Assembly: GCA_965223295.1 (NCBI GenBank)
Contig: CBDCWC010000003.1
Location: forward strand, 608,001-672,000
DNA: 64,000 nucleotides
From: Nitrospirales bacterium
GTDB taxonomy: Bacteria > Nitrospirota > Nitrospiria > Nitrospirales > UBA8639
Direction of reading: 5' to 3'
Shown here: positions 37,439 to 48,742 of the stretch, one piece after another
Layout of the letters: every line of letters starts with the position of its first letter
How positions within the stretch are numbered: position 1 is the stretch's first letter
Program-made: the position numbers and the translations under genes
Notes under the pieces: generated by a model
Database searches by the model: none
Seen by the model: only the letters and a program-made list of their open reading frames with translations
What the model was told of the DNA's origin: nothing

Positions 37439-39040
37439 CTACTCAGAGGAGGAGGCATCGCGCATTAATTTATATTCAATACTGTCGGCTAAGGCCTGCC
37501 AACTCGCTTCAATAATATTCTCGGATACGCCAACCGTGCCCCATTTTTCCTTCTGATCTCCGGACTCGATCAGCACTCTGACCCGTGAGCCGGTCCCATG
37601 CCGACCAGTTAAGACACGAACTTTATAGTCTAAAAGTTTCACATCTCGTAATTGTGGATAAAAATTCTCTAGGGCTTTACGTAGCGCATGATCAAGTGCG
37701 TTCACCGGCCCATCCCCTACAGCCGCCGTATGTTCGATCACATTGCCAACTTTCACCATAATCGTGGCTTCTGAGATGGATTCTTCATGAGTTTTACGTT
37801 TCTCAACAATAATACGGCACCCTAGCAGCTCGAACGAAGGTGCATGCGTTCCCAGCGCTTTGCGCACGAGCAGTTCAAACGATCCTTCGGCCCCCTCAAA
37901 TTGATACCCTTCGTACTCCAAGGTTTTCAGAGAACCCAACAACTCTTGAACCTTGGGATTATCCTGAGGGAGGTCCAACCCAAACGTTTCCATCTTGCTA
38001 AACACCGCGCTCCGCCCACTATTATCAGAAATCAGGACTCGACGCACATTCCCAACTTGCTCGGGCTGAACATGTTCATAGGTCAGGGGGTTTTTTTGAA
38101 CCGCATGAATATGCACACCCCCTTTATGAGCAAACGCCGTATCTCCAACATAGGGCTGCCGTTTATTCGGGAGAAGATTCGCCATTTCTGCAACATAGTG
38201 TGAAATGGCGCGAAGGTGCGCTAACCGGCCGTCACTCACTGCAGTCTTACCCATTTTCAATTCTAAATTAGCCATGATGGAACAGAGATTAGCGTTGCCG
38301 CACCGCTCGCCAATACCATTGATCGTCCCCTGAATGTGACTGGCACCCGCCTCAACCGCAACCAAGGAATTGGCTACTCCCATCTCGGCATCATTATGCG
38401 CATGAATGCCCACTGGGACGGGGCATTGCTCACGAACTGTTGAGACAATGCCTTGAATCTCCCAAGGCATAGAGCCACCATTGGTATCACACAACACAAT
38501 ACGTTCAGCGCCAGCTTGAATGGCCGCTGTGATTGTCTTTATGGCATAGGTGGGGTCCGTTTTATACCCGTCGAAAAAGTGTTCCGCATCGTAAAACACC
38601 TGTCTCCCTTGAGAACGGAGAAACGCAATGGAATCTGAAATAAGCTCCAGGTTTATCGCTAAGGTTGTCTCCAGTGCTTCCGTAACATGCAACGTCCAGC
38701 TTTTGCCAAATATCGTGACAATCTCTGTTTCCGCAGCAAGCAAAGCCTCAAGCGTCGGATCATCATGGGCGGAGTTCTTGGCCTTTCTTGTCGAACCAAA
38801 GGCCACAATCTTTGCCCGTTGAAGCGGAGTGGCTTTCATGATTTGGAAAAATTCAATATCCTTAGGATTCGCGCCCGGCCATCCACCTTCGATGAAATGC
38901 ACACCAAGCTCATCGAGTTTAAGCGCAATACGCACCTTATCTTCGACCGAAAAGCTGACGTCTTCAGCCTGCGAACCGTCACGCAAGGTCGTATCATACA
39001 TTTCAATAGTGGGTGTTGTTGCCATACCGCTCAACGTCAT
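37439..39040 (-). CDS. cimA: Citramalate synthase
   Basis: [42 protein letters not shown], LeuA-type C-terminal regulatory domain. Confidence 0.92.
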   Translation of the reverse strand: MTLSGMATTPTIEMYDTTLRDGSQAEDVSFSVEDKVRIALKLDELGVHFIEGGWPGANPKDIEFFQIMKATPLQRAKIVAFGSTRKAKNSAHDDPTLEALLAAETEIVTIFGKSWTLHVTEALETTLAINLELISDSIAFLRSQGRQVFYDAEHFFDGYKTDPTYAIKTITAAIQAGAERIVLCDTNGGSMPWEIQGIVSTVREQCPVPVGIHAHNDAEMGVANSLVAVEAGASHIQGTINGIGERCGNANLCSIMANLELKMGKTAVSDGRLAHLRAISHYVAEMANLLPNKRQPYVGDTAFAHKGGVHIHAVQKNPLTYEHVQPEQVGNVRRVLISDNSGRSAVFSKMETFGLDLPQDNPKVQELLGSLKTLEYEGYQFEGAEGSFELLVRKALGTHAPSFELLGCRIIVEKRKTHEESISEATIMVKVGNVIEHTAAVGDGPVNALDHALRKALENFYPQLRDVKLLDYKVRVLTGRHGTGSRVRVLIESGDQKEKWGTVGVSENIIEASWQALADSIEYKLMRDASSSE

Positions 39041-39068
39041 AACCTGTTTGCATTCATTAGCAAAAAAT

Positions 39069-40295
39069 TCACCCCTTTGGATCGCGGTCTAAACCAAATT
39101 CTTGATGGAGGCCTCGCACGGCTAATTCCATATATTTTTCTTCCACGACACAGGAAATTTTAATTTCCGAGGTGCTAATCATCATGATATTGACTCCATC
39201 TCGAGATAGGGTCGCAAACATGCGCGCGGCCACTCCCGAATGAGACCGCATCCCCACACCCACCATAGAGACTTTGGCGATCGCTTCATTGACTTCGACT
39301 GTCCGAGCATTGACAGATTTAGCCAGATCTCGAACCAAATTCATGGCAGGAGTCAAATCGCCTCTTGGTATCGTGAAAGAAATATCAGTCAGAGATTCTT
39401 GACTGACATTTTGAATAATCATATCGACATTAATTGCGGATTCCGCAATTGCTGTAAAAAGTTTGGCCGCAATACCAGGATGATCCGGGACACCAACCAC
39501 CGTGATCTTGGCCTGATTGCGATCGCCTGTTACTCCTGAAACTAAAACTTGTTCCATATCTGCATCCTCTTTTACCACACGAGTTCCTGGCCCGTCTTGA
39601 AAGCTGGATCGCACTTCTACAGGCACTTGATGCTTGGCAGCCAGTTCAACTGAACGTGTCTGTAAGACTTTGGCACCCAGACTCGCCAGTTCCAACATTT
39701 CTTCATAGGAAATTTTCTCTAAGCGTCGAGCTGAGGGGACCATATTCGGATCGGCCGTGTACACCCCATCCACATCCGTATAGATAAAACAGGTGTCCGC
39801 GTTCAGCGCAGCGGCTAAGACCATCGCTGTAAGATCCGACCCACCCCGCCCAAGCGTCGTGACATCCGAGGCTTCATTAATTCCTTGAAACCCCGCCACA
39901 ATCGGCACGATGCCATTCTCTAAATCTGCACGGACTCGCTTGGTCTCGATTCTCGAGACCCGCGCTTTGGTATGCGCCCCATCGGTAAAAATTCCCACTT
40001 GCCGTCCAGTCAATGATCGGGCATTGATGCCTAAGCTCTTTAACATAATGGCCATGAGCGCAATCGTGACGCGTTCTCCAGAAGACAGTAAGACATCCAT
40101 CTCCCGATCATCGGGACATACGCTTAATTCCTTGGCCATTTGGGTCAGTCGGTTCGTCTCTCCACTCATCGCGGAGAGAACGACGACCACTTGATGCCCA
40201 TCGCGACAGGTCTTATCAATAATCCGTGCGACATGTTGAATACGCTCAATACTGCCGACCGACGTTCCCCCAAATTTTTGAACATAGCAAGCCAT
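39069..40295 (-). CDS. lysC: Aspartate kinase
   Basis: [19 protein letters not shown], two ACT domains, STSEIKIS. Confidence 0.96.
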   Translation of the reverse strand: MACYVQKFGGTSVGSIERIQHVARIIDKTCRDGHQVVVVLSAMSGETNRLTQMAKELSVCPDDREMDVLLSSGERVTIALMAIMLKSLGINARSLTGRQVGIFTDGAHTKARVSRIETKRVRADLENGIVPIVAGFQGINEASDVTTLGRGGSDLTAMVLAAALNADTCFIYTDVDGVYTADPNMVPSARRLEKISYEEMLELASLGAKVLQTRSVELAAKHQVPVEVRSSFQDGPGTRVVKEDADMEQVLVSGVTGDRNQAKITVVGVPDHPGIAAKLFTAIAESAINVDMIIQNVSQESLTDISFTIPRGDLTPAMNLVRDLAKSVNARTVEVNEAIAKVSMVGVGMRSHSGVAARMFATLSRDGVNIMMISTSEIKISCVVEEKYMELAVRGLHQEFGLDRDPKG

Positions 40296-40300
40296 TTGAT

Positions 40301-41536
40301 TTACGCGTTCCCAAAAAATCTAGCTAAGAAGGTCGAGGCATTCCGTAGCGGATGGTGTGCGGCTTCCTGTTCATTAAAGGCAACACCTGAATGCCCCTCT
40401 CCAACATTCTGTCCATCATACAGCACATAGGGCACGACGGGTTTCGCAGTCTGGGATTCTTGTCTGGAATCTGATGTACAAACCACGAACAATTGAGCAT
40501 CTTCAGACCCTGCACAAAAGTCTCGTAGGGTTCCGATCACATGCTCATCGAGACATTGTAAATATTCTTGATAGCGAGTTGATGAGTCTGATTCTTTAAT
40601 GGGTCTCAATTCTTTTGAAAAGGGAACATGCAGACAGACGAAATTCTGTTTCTCTGTCCCTACAACAGCCATCTTTGCCAGACGTTGAAACTTCTCTGAT
40701 TCCTGCTCTTCCTGGTCGTCAACTGTGGCTGCCTGCAGACCGCTCGCTATTCCGACCCCCCGATAAGAGCCACTTGGTGAAAGGACGGAACCAGTGATCG
40801 GCCATCGTTCATTGAGCAACGGCATTTCAACTGGCTTCCCCGCTCCCCACAACCACAAACAGTTGAGTGGTTTCAGCCCGGCCGTCATCCGTTCTTGATT
40901 AATAGGATGATGCTGAAGAATAACGCGAGAGGCTTCCATTAACTCATGCAATGTCTTGGCTCCATCTCCAGAGGGCAAAACGGCACCGAGTGATTGCCCA
41001 AGAACCTGCTGAGGATTCCAAGAACGAATTTTTGCATGACCTCCAACCCAAACCATGAGATGACGAGAGTGATGCCCCTTATAAAATTGAATGTTTTCTG
41101 AGACTAATTGGTCGTTGATCGTATCAAGAAGCTCCCGAGCATCTTCTAATTCTAATCCCTCTGCGGAAATATCATCCAACAACAACGACGGGCCCAGTTT
41201 TTTCCCCTCACCCCAGCCCTCCTCGGCACGCACAGTGACAAAATCACACAGAAAAGCTACGTCATGGGAATCCAGGGTGACTTCTAAACTAATGCTTTCG
41301 AACGTACCAGGCCCCGAATAAAATTTTTTCGTGTCATAGCCTAGCAGAGCTAACAATGCCAGTTCCCCAACAAAGGGTCGAGATTCATTGGGAACACCCA
41401 GACGCCCCAACTCCCCGTGTTGGGCCAGATCGTCAAGATGAGGAGTCCGAGCTGCTTCCAACAGGGTACGAGTCCCTCGATCATCGAGGGAATGATTGGA
41501 AAGTCCATCGATGTGAACCATGACCGTTTTTTTCAC
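40301..41536 (-). CDS. ApgM-like (cofactor-independent phosphoglycerate mutase fold) protein with degenerate active site
   Basis: DG...[27 protein letters not shown]...NCLWLWGAG are ApgM features; the catalytic Ser and several metal ligands are missing. Confidence 0.8.
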   Translation of the reverse strand: MKKTVMVHIDGLSNHSLDDRGTRTLLEAARTPHLDDLAQHGELGRLGVPNESRPFVGELALLALLGYDTKKFYSGPGTFESISLEVTLDSHDVAFLCDFVTVRAEEGWGEGKKLGPSLLLDDISAEGLELEDARELLDTINDQLVSENIQFYKGHHSRHLMVWVGGHAKIRSWNPQQVLGQSLGAVLPSGDGAKTLHELMEASRVILQHHPINQERMTAGLKPLNCLWLWGAGKPVEMPLLNERWPITGSVLSPSGSYRGVGIASGLQAATVDDQEEQESEKFQRLAKMAVVGTEKQNFVCLHVPFSKELRPIKESDSSTRYQEYLQCLDEHVIGTLRDFCAGSEDAQLFVVCTSDSRQESQTAKPVVPYVLYDGQNVGEGHSGVAFNEQEAAHHPLRNASTFLARFFGNA

Positions 41537-41608
41537 GATCCTTGCCTCACAATTAAGGGTTTAGAAATAGAGGGGTATAGTGAATAGATGCGTGGCCACG
41601 AAGAACGA

Positions 41609-42670
41609 TTAGCTCGTGAGTTGAGTCGCAACAGCCTCGCGAGTTGCAGCAACGGTCACTGGTCGATACGACACAGATAATCCCGTATCAGGATCCTTTA
41701 ATCCATGGCCGGTCAATGTACAGACAATCGTGCCTTCTTCAGGCAAGAGGCCCTCACCATTGAGCTTCGTAATTCCGGCTATCGATGCCGCGGACGCGGG
41801 TTCGCAAAACACCCCTTCTTCACAGGCCACCATTTGATAGGCCTGAAGAATTTCCTCATCTGTCACCATATGCAAACACCCATGGGACTCTTCTACCGCT
41901 TTCAGTGCCAACGTCCAACTGGCTGGATTACCAATTCGAATGGCTGAGGCCACGGTCTGAGGTGATTCCACGACATGTCCCCTGACCAGTGGAGCGGCAC
42001 CTTCTGCTTGAAACCCAAACATGCGCGGCTTGCCTTGGGTTTGACCAGCCTGCTCATATTCCTGATAGCCCCGCCAATAGGCTGTAATATTTCCGGCATT
42101 CCCGACAGGAAGCGCATGAATGACCGGAGCACATCCTCCAAGCTGATCGCACACCTCCATTGCAGCCGTTTTTTGACCTTCCAACCGAAAGGGATTGAGG
42201 GAATTCACGAGTTCAATAGCGGTTTCTTCACATAAGGTTTTCACAATCGTCAAGGCTTGATCGAAGTTCCCATCGATTTGGATAACACGTGCCCCATGCA
42301 TGAGTGCTTGAGTCAATTTGCCCAAAGCAATCTTTCCTGCAGGAACGACCACATACACTGGCAAGCCGGCTTTGGCAGCATAGGCCGCAGCTGAGGCTGA
42401 GGTATTCCCCGTCGAGGCACACATGAGCCCCTTGGCGTTTTTTTCCATGGCCTTCGACACCGCCATCGTCATTCCCCGATCTTTAAACGACCCGGTGGGA
42501 TTGGCCCCTTCAATTTTCAAAAATAATTCCCGTCCCGGACAGACTTGTTTGGCGAGCCGGTTGGCTGGAATAAGAGGGGTATGCCCTTCTTGCAAGGACA
42601 CAATAGGCGTGTGATCGCTGACGGGAAGAAACTTCCGGTACTCCTCAATAATGCCACGCCAAGGTATCAT
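41609..42670 (-). CDS. thrC: Threonine synthase
   Basis: EGANPTGSFKDRGM, CASTGNTSAS, PVGNAGN, EPASAA, LTGHGLKDP. Confidence 0.96.
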   Translation of the reverse strand: MIPWRGIIEEYRKFLPVSDHTPIVSLQEGHTPLIPANRLAKQVCPGRELFLKIEGANPTGSFKDRGMTMAVSKAMEKNAKGLMCASTGNTSASAAAYAAKAGLPVYVVVPAGKIALGKLTQALMHGARVIQIDGNFDQALTIVKTLCEETAIELVNSLNPFRLEGQKTAAMEVCDQLGGCAPVIHALPVGNAGNITAYWRGYQEYEQAGQTQGKPRMFGFQAEGAAPLVRGHVVESPQTVASAIRIGNPASWTLALKAVEESHGCLHMVTDEEILQAYQMVACEEGVFCEPASAASIAGITKLNGEGLLPEEGTIVCTLTGHGLKDPDTGLSVSYRPVTVAATREAVATQLTS

Positions 42671-42711
42671 AGGTGTTCTTTCGCCTCTATCGGCCAAGAC
42701 CAACTGAAGAT

Positions 42712-44022
42712 TTAATCTCCACCTTCCATACGAATCAATGTCGTGGGTTCAGCAATGATTGGAAGAGCATTAATATCCTGAAGCGCTGATTGCATCCCTT
42801 GTTCACTAGACCGATGCGTGAGAATGACCAAGGGAACCGTCTGTCCTCGTTTTCTCCCTTTTTGGAGAACCGAGGAAATACTGATACCCCGCTCTCCCAA
42901 AATTCCTGAAATGGTCGAGAGCACACATGGTTCGTCTTTAACCATACACCGTAAATAATATTGGCTCTGAATATCAGCCATTGGTTTTATTGGCAATGCC
43001 TTCCGGCTATCCCATTGGAACGAGGCCGCAGGTACACGGGACTGGACTCCCACAATGCGGTTCCTTGCCACATCAATGATGTCCCCTACGACAGCACTCG
43101 CAGTCGGAAGAGAACCAGCCCCTTGTCCATACAACACAATATCGCCAACGGCATCACCCACCACATGGATAGCATTATAGACCCCGCTCACCTGCGCCAT
43201 CGGTGATTCGGTGGGTATCAACGTGGGATGCACTCTAGCCTCAATAACATTTTCCTGGAATTTCGCGATACCCAATAACTTTATGGTCAAGCCCAATTCT
43301 TGGGCAAACGTCATATCCACCGTAGAAATCTTGGAAATTCCCTCCGTATAGACCGCATCCATGGGAATTGGCGTACCATAAGCGAGATTCACCATGATCA
43401 CTAATTTATGGGCGGCATCAATGCCCTCAATATCCAACGAAGGGTCGGCTTCTGCATAGCCTTCCCGGGTCGCTTCTTGCAGAATGTCTTTGAAGTCCCG
43501 GCCCTCCTGCGTCATCCGCGTCAAAATATAATTGGACGTGCCATTCATGATGCCCATGATTGAGTCCACACGGTTACCTGCTAAACCCTCAGTAAGAGAA
43601 CGAATGACTGGAATGCCTCCGCCCACACTCGCTTCAAATCCAAGATCGGCTTTCGCCTGACAGGCCGCTTGAAATACTTCTTCTCCATGGTCAGCCAGCA
43701 ACGCCTTATTGGCTGTGACGACACCTTTGTGATTTGAGAGAGCCTGTAGGATAAAGCGTTTAGCCGGCTCGTGCCCGCCAATCAATTCCACCACAATGTC
43801 AATGTCAGGATTATCCAGAATGTCTTTCACATTCGTCGTCAACTTCTCAGAAGAAACCGCAACCCCACGATCTGTCGTGATATCCAAGTCTGCGATTTTC
43901 GCAAGGACGACCGGGCGGCCAACACGTCTTGCAATGATGTCTACATTATTTTGCAGAATCTTGACGACACCTGTCCCCACAGTGCCAAACCCGATTAGCC
44001 CCACATTAACTACCTGGTCCAT
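42712..44022 (-). CDS. hom: Homoserine dehydrogenase
   Basis: GFGTVG, VTANKAL, FEASVGGGIP, GYAEADP, C-terminal ACT domain. Confidence 0.96.
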   Translation of the reverse strand: MDQVVNVGLIGFGTVGTGVVKILQNNVDIIARRVGRPVVLAKIADLDITTDRGVAVSSEKLTTNVKDILDNPDIDIVVELIGGHEPAKRFILQALSNHKGVVTANKALLADHGEEVFQAACQAKADLGFEASVGGGIPVIRSLTEGLAGNRVDSIMGIMNGTSNYILTRMTQEGRDFKDILQEATREGYAEADPSLDIEGIDAAHKLVIMVNLAYGTPIPMDAVYTEGISKISTVDMTFAQELGLTIKLLGIAKFQENVIEARVHPTLIPTESPMAQVSGVYNAIHVVGDAVGDIVLYGQGAGSLPTASAVVGDIIDVARNRIVGVQSRVPAASFQWDSRKALPIKPMADIQSQYYLRCMVKDEPCVLSTISGILGERGISISSVLQKGRKRGQTVPLVILTHRSSEQGMQSALQDINALPIIAEPTTLIRMEGGD

Positions 44023-45206
44023 TACGAAACGTTCTCCAACCTTAATGCTTGCCGAATACCACGTACAGCTTGAAAGATTCGGTGTTCATTCTCCACAAGA
44101 GCAAAACGCACATAGTCATTGCCACCTTCACCAAACCCAATGCCTGGCGAGACAGCGACTTTGGCTTCCCGCAACAACAATTTAGAAAATTCAAGGGAAC
44201 CCATCCCCAAATATGGTTGAGGAATCTTGGCCCACGCAAACATGGTGGCACGGGGATAATCAATAGGCCACCCAATCCGGTTAAGGCCGCGAACGAGGGC
44301 ATTCCGCCGTCGTTCGTATCGGCTCACAATATCCTGCACACAATCTTGGGGACCATTTAATGCAATAATGCTGGCAATTTGAATCGGTTGAAACATGCCA
44401 TAGTCTAAGTAGCTTTTTACCCGGGTCAAGGCCCCGATAAGATCGGGATTCCCCACACAAAACCCGACACGCCAACCCGGCATATTATAACTTTTGGATA
44501 GCGAATAAAATTCTACACCAATTTTTTTGGCTTCAGGAATTTGTAGCAAACTGGGTGCGCGATATCCATCATAAACTAAATCAGCGTACGCCAAATCATG
44601 GATGACCCATACTTGATGTTCTAAGGCAAACTCAACGACTTTTTTGAAAAACTCTAGGTCCACAACTTGAGTCGTGGGATTATGGGGAAAGCTGATAATT
44701 AAGGCTCGTGGAGCCGGCTGAGTTTGTTTAAAGGCTCGTGTTAAATTCTCAAAAAAATCAGTGTTAGGGCCCAATTCCACACCACGCACTTCCCCACCTG
44801 CAATAATCACACAATACATATGAATGGGATAGGTTGGCGTTGGCGCTAAGACCACATCCCCGGGACCGACGATAGCCAGAGCTAAATGCGCCAATCCTTC
44901 CTTTACGCCTAGTGTGACGATTGCTTCGGTTTCCGGGTCCAAACTGACATCATAGTGCCGCTGATACCAACCACAAATCGCATGTCGTAATTTCGTAATG
45001 CCCCGGGAAGCCGAATAGCGATGATTTCGCCCATTCTGCGCCGCCTCGGTCAGCTTATCCACGATGTGCTGCGGCGTGGGTTGATCGGGGTTACCCATAC
45101 CTAAGTCAATAATGTCTTCCCCCTGCTTTCGAGCCTGGAGTTTGAGGTCCTGGACCTGAGAAAAGACGTATCCCGGGAGTCGTTGAATGCGGTAAAAAGG
45201 GTCCAT
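44022..45206 (-). CDS. Class I/II PLP aminotransferase (AlaC-like)
   Basis: [35 protein letters not shown]. Confidence 0.9.
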   Translation of the reverse strand: MDPFYRIQRLPGYVFSQVQDLKLQARKQGEDIIDLGMGNPDQPTPQHIVDKLTEAAQNGRNHRYSASRGITKLRHAICGWYQRHYDVSLDPETEAIVTLGVKEGLAHLALAIVGPGDVVLAPTPTYPIHMYCVIIAGGEVRGVELGPNTDFFENLTRAFKQTQPAPRALIISFPHNPTTQVVDLEFFKKVVEFALEHQVWVIHDLAYADLVYDGYRAPSLLQIPEAKKIGVEFYSLSKSYNMPGWRVGFCVGNPDLIGALTRVKSYLDYGMFQPIQIASIIALNGPQDCVQDIVSRYERRRNALVRGLNRIGWPIDYPRATMFAWAKIPQPYLGMGSLEFSKLLLREAKVAVSPGIGFGEGGNDYVRFALVENEHRIFQAVRGIRQALRLENVS

Positions 45207-45455
45207 TGTCAATGAAAGTATAGAGAAACTTCCCTCAGCCATGAGGGAGCTCATGAATAGAGAATTTTACAAAGTAGAAAGAAATTTTATTCTAGATGAG
45301 GGAATGAAAGCAGTCAATTTTGGGACACCTCATTGTTAAAGAAAAAGGCCATCACCTCTTTCATTATAGTAACATTTTCCTTTCCATAGATACCTTTTGT
45401 CATTTATTGCCCCACATTTTCACGTTTGCGATAATAGGCGCCTATTCTTCATTCA

Positions 45456-45646
45456 GGGGCTGTTGAATAATGATGAGATCAACGGCCAAATTTCGTCTCT
45501 GCGACGTCACATGTCAGAGGCCTCGGGGCTGTTCAAAAAAGTTCGTCCAGCAAGGCCACAGCCATCTTTTCACGCGGAGCGTACTGGCACTACGTGAGCA
45601 CGGGAAAAAGGCGAGAACGCCGCTGGCGGCTTTTTTCAACAGACCC
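45456..45646 (-). mobile_element. MITE (core B + tail i)
   Basis: GGGGCTGTTGAA...TTCAACAGACCC flanked by ATTCA (45451-45455 / 45647-45651). Confidence 0.9.
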
Positions 45647-45663
45647 ATTCAGGAAGGGATTAC

Positions 45664-46383
45664 ATGAATATGGCACGCCTTGGCGTGAATGTAGATCATG
45701 TTGCCACACTCCGCCAGACTCGAGGAGGCTCTGAACCCGATCCAGTCATGGCTGCTTCCCTGGTCCAGTTAGCCGGAGCCGAAGGGGTCGTTGTCCACCT
45801 CAGGGAAGACCGGCGCCATATCCAAGATCGCGATCTGACCATCTTACGGGAGACAGTCCATACCCAACTCAACTTAGAAATGGCGGCAGAAGATTCAGTG
45901 GCCAAAATTGCCCTCTCTATTAAACCTGACATGGCCACCTTAGTCCCGGAACGACGACAAGAACTAACAACGGAAGGCGGGCTGGACGTCGTCGCGCATC
46001 GAGATCGTATTCAATCCATGATCAATCTGCTCAAAGAAGGCGGGATTCCAGTCAGTCTGTTTATCGACCCAGATGTCCAACAAGTACGCGCAGCCCATAA
46101 GGTCCAAGCTGATTATGTCGAACTGCATACCGGTCGATATGCCAATACCCGGCGTCAACATGAAACTGACAGTGAATATGATGCCCTAGTCCAAGCCGCC
46201 AAACTCGCCGCAAAATTGGGGCTTCGTGTCAGTGCGGGGCATGGCTTGAACTATCACAATACTCAACGATTAACTAAAATTTCTGAAATCGAAGAATTCA
46301 ATATTGGCCACAGCATTGTGGCCAGGGCCGTGTTTGTTGGGCTTGAACGCGCAGTCCTAGAAATGAAAGCCCTTCTCACATAA
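45664..46383 (+). CDS. pdxJ: Pyridoxine 5'-phosphate synthase
   Basis: LGVNVDHVATLR, HLREDRRHI, ELHTG, AGHGL, NIGHSI. Confidence 0.97.
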   Translation: MNMARLGVNVDHVATLRQTRGGSEPDPVMAASLVQLAGAEGVVVHLREDRRHIQDRDLTILRETVHTQLNLEMAAEDSVAKIALSIKPDMATLVPERRQELTTEGGLDVVAHRDRIQSMINLLKEGGIPVSLFIDPDVQQVRAAHKVQADYVELHTGRYANTRRQHETDSEYDALVQAAKLAAKLGLRVSAGHGLNYHNTQRLTKISEIEEFNIGHSIVARAVFVGLERAVLEMKALLT

Positions 46384-46423
46384 ATCTCATCAAATCCGGC
46401 ACTCCCACCGGAAAGTCCTCATC

Positions 46424-47992
46424 ATGTGGCTGGTCACTCCAGAACAGATGCAATTGCTTGATCGTCGAACCATTCAAGAGGCCAAGGTTCCAGGAACCAC
46501 CTTAATGGAAAGAGCTGGTACTGGAATCGTCACCCATCTTCAGAAACACTACGGCTCTCTCAAAGGGAAAAACGTCGTCGTCATTTGCGGGAAAGGGAAT
46601 AATGGGGGTGACGGATTAGTTGTCGCCCGGCTCTTACAACACAAAGGAGCCCACCTCACAGTCATCTTGCTCACGCCTTATCAAGAGTTGAGCAAAGATG
46701 CCAAAACGATGTTTCGCCGATTTAAAAAGATGGCCAAGCCATCACAAATCCTTCTGCTTCCCACACAGAAAAAGCTTGAATCTGTCGTCAACAATGCTCA
46801 TCTCATTGTTGATGCTCTACTTGGCACAGGGCTTTCATCATCTATACGCGAACCGTATGCTTCAACGATTCACGCGATGAATGCATCCTCTGCCTATGCT
46901 GTGGCTGTGGACATTCCCTCGGGACTCGATGGTCATACCGGAGCAATCTTGGGAACCGCTCTCCAGGCAGATCTGACCGTGACATTCGGCTGTCCCAAAC
47001 TCGGTCTCTACGTAGGAGAGGCCATTGATCAAGTTGGACATATCGAAGTGGTGGATATCGGCATTCCACCTGAGTATGTCCAAGAATTGAAACCTCAACA
47101 TCATCTCCTCACACAAGAGGTCATCAACTCCCTCATTCCTCACCGGCGGCAATCTTCCCATAAGGGTACATTTGGCCATGCTGGAATTATCGCAGGATCT
47201 CCTGGGAAAGCTGGTGCGGCAGCCTTAGCAGCCCTTGGCGCACTCCGAACAGGAACCGGCCTGGTGACTGTAGCGACACCTCGGTCCGTCACATCTATTG
47301 TGGAAACAAAAGTTCTTGAAGTGATGACTCTGGCCTTGCCGGAAACACCGGAACATATGTTGGGGACGGAGGCGGGACCTGCTCTCTTACGTTTTTGCCA
47401 GGACAAATCGGCTCTTGCCTTTGGACCAGGGCTAGGCATTTCTCCTGCCATCACAAAATTATTATCTCAACTGCTTCCACAATTTGAAGTACCTTGTGTG
47501 TTGGATGCCGATGCTCTGAACAATGTCGTGGCCCTCCCCGATATCTTTTCAAAGATGAAACAGGCTCCTGTGCTCACCCCTCATCCAGGGGAAATGGCCA
47601 GACTGTTGGGAAACACAAACTCAAAGACGATTAATCAAGATCGGATTGGTGTAGCCAGCGCATTTGCCACCCAGCATCAAGTCATCCTTGTCTTAAAGGG
47701 CGCCAACACCGTCATTGCTCACCCGCAAGGCGAAATTGCTATTTGCCCAACCGGCAATCCGGGAATGGCATCGGCCGGTATGGGAGACGTACTAACCGGG
47801 ATGATCGCCGGATTGTTAGCACAAGGATTGACTGCCTGGGATTCAGCCCGAGTAGGAGTCTATCTCCATGGGCTCGCTGGTGATCTGGCCTCGTTATCTA
47901 TGGGAGAGCCGGGATTGATTGCCAGTGACCTGATCGCCCAAATACCTCATGCCCTAACCCAAACCCTATCTTGTCACATGTGGGAGTGTTGA
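46424..47992 (+). CDS. nnr: Bifunctional NAD(P)HX epimerase/dehydratase
   Basis: GKGNNGGDG, DALLGTG, DIPSG, HKGTFG, LTPHPGE, GMGDVLTG. Confidence 0.95.
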   Translation: MWLVTPEQMQLLDRRTIQEAKVPGTTLMERAGTGIVTHLQKHYGSLKGKNVVVICGKGNNGGDGLVVARLLQHKGAHLTVILLTPYQELSKDAKTMFRRFKKMAKPSQILLLPTQKKLESVVNNAHLIVDALLGTGLSSSIREPYASTIHAMNASSAYAVAVDIPSGLDGHTGAILGTALQADLTVTFGCPKLGLYVGEAIDQVGHIEVVDIGIPPEYVQELKPQHHLLTQEVINSLIPHRRQSSHKGTFGHAGIIAGSPGKAGAAALAALGALRTGTGLVTVATPRSVTSIVETKVLEVMTLALPETPEHMLGTEAGPALLRFCQDKSALAFGPGLGISPAITKLLSQLLPQFEVPCVLDADALNNVVALPDIFSKMKQAPVLTPHPGEMARLLGNTNSKTINQDRIGVASAFATQHQVILVLKGANTVIAHPQGEIAICPTGNPGMASAGMGDVLTGMIAGLLAQGLTAWDSARVGVYLHGLAGDLASLSMGEPGLIASDLIAQIPHALTQTLSCHMWEC

Positions 47993-48171
47993 ATAATGAA
48001 GATGGCAAGAGCCATATTGCGCCAGGAAGCTGTTTGCTATCAGCAGCATCGGGTCTGTTCAAAAAAGTCGTCCAGCAAGGCCACAGCCATTTTTGCGCGC
48101 GGAGCGTACTGCCAGTACGTGAGCACGGAAAAATGGCGAGAACGCCGCTGGCGGCTTTTTTCAACAGACCC
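47982..48171 (-). mobile_element. MITE (core B + tail ii) inserted in the nnr stop codon
   Basis: GGGAGTGTTGAA...TTCAACAGACCC flanked by CATGT (47977-47981 / 48172-48176). Confidence 0.9.
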
Positions 48172-48197
48172 CATGTAGAAAAAGAGGACAGAGCACC

Positions 48198-48734
48198 TTG
48201 AATACCCCACCTGATTTCTCTCCATCACCCAACGGCCATTCACTGACATTCGATTTAGATTCAGTGGAGAAAACCCTCGCGCTCGGGGAACGCGTAAGCC
48301 GTCTCCTTAATGGAGGGGACGTGGTGGCTTTAACCGGCGACTTAGGAGCTGGCAAAACCCTTATGACTAAGGGCATTGCAAAGGGGTTGGGGATTCCGGA
48401 AGAGCACGTGAATAGCCCGACATTTACACTGATTCAAACCTATGACAGCACGATTCCCGTCATTCACGTAGATTTATATCGTCTAGAAGACATGACTGCT
48501 ATTGTACAGTTAGGTTTAGATGAGTATTTCACTCCACAAAATATCGTGATTATTGAATGGGCGGACCGACTCCATCAGGCTCTGCCCCCTGATAGCTTGG
48601 CCATACATCTAGAACACGGTGAAACAGAAACGAGTCGTAAAGTGACTTTTCAAGGAATAGGCCCAAGAAGCAACCATCTTGTGACAGCCCTTGGCCGCCA
48701 AAACCTTCAATATCACCTCGCCTTAGACGCCTAA
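48198..48734 (+). CDS. tsaE: t6A biosynthesis ATPase TsaE
   Basis: GDLGAGKT, SPTFTL, HVDLYRL, IIEWA. Confidence 0.95.
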   Translation: MNTPPDFSPSPNGHSLTFDLDSVEKTLALGERVSRLLNGGDVVALTGDLGAGKTLMTKGIAKGLGIPEEHVNSPTFTLIQTYDSTIPVIHVDLYRLEDMTAIVQLGLDEYFTPQNIVIIEWADRLHQALPPDSLAIHLEHGETETSRKVTFQGIGPRSNHLVTALGRQNLQYHLALDA

Positions 48735-48742
48735 GATTTTCG

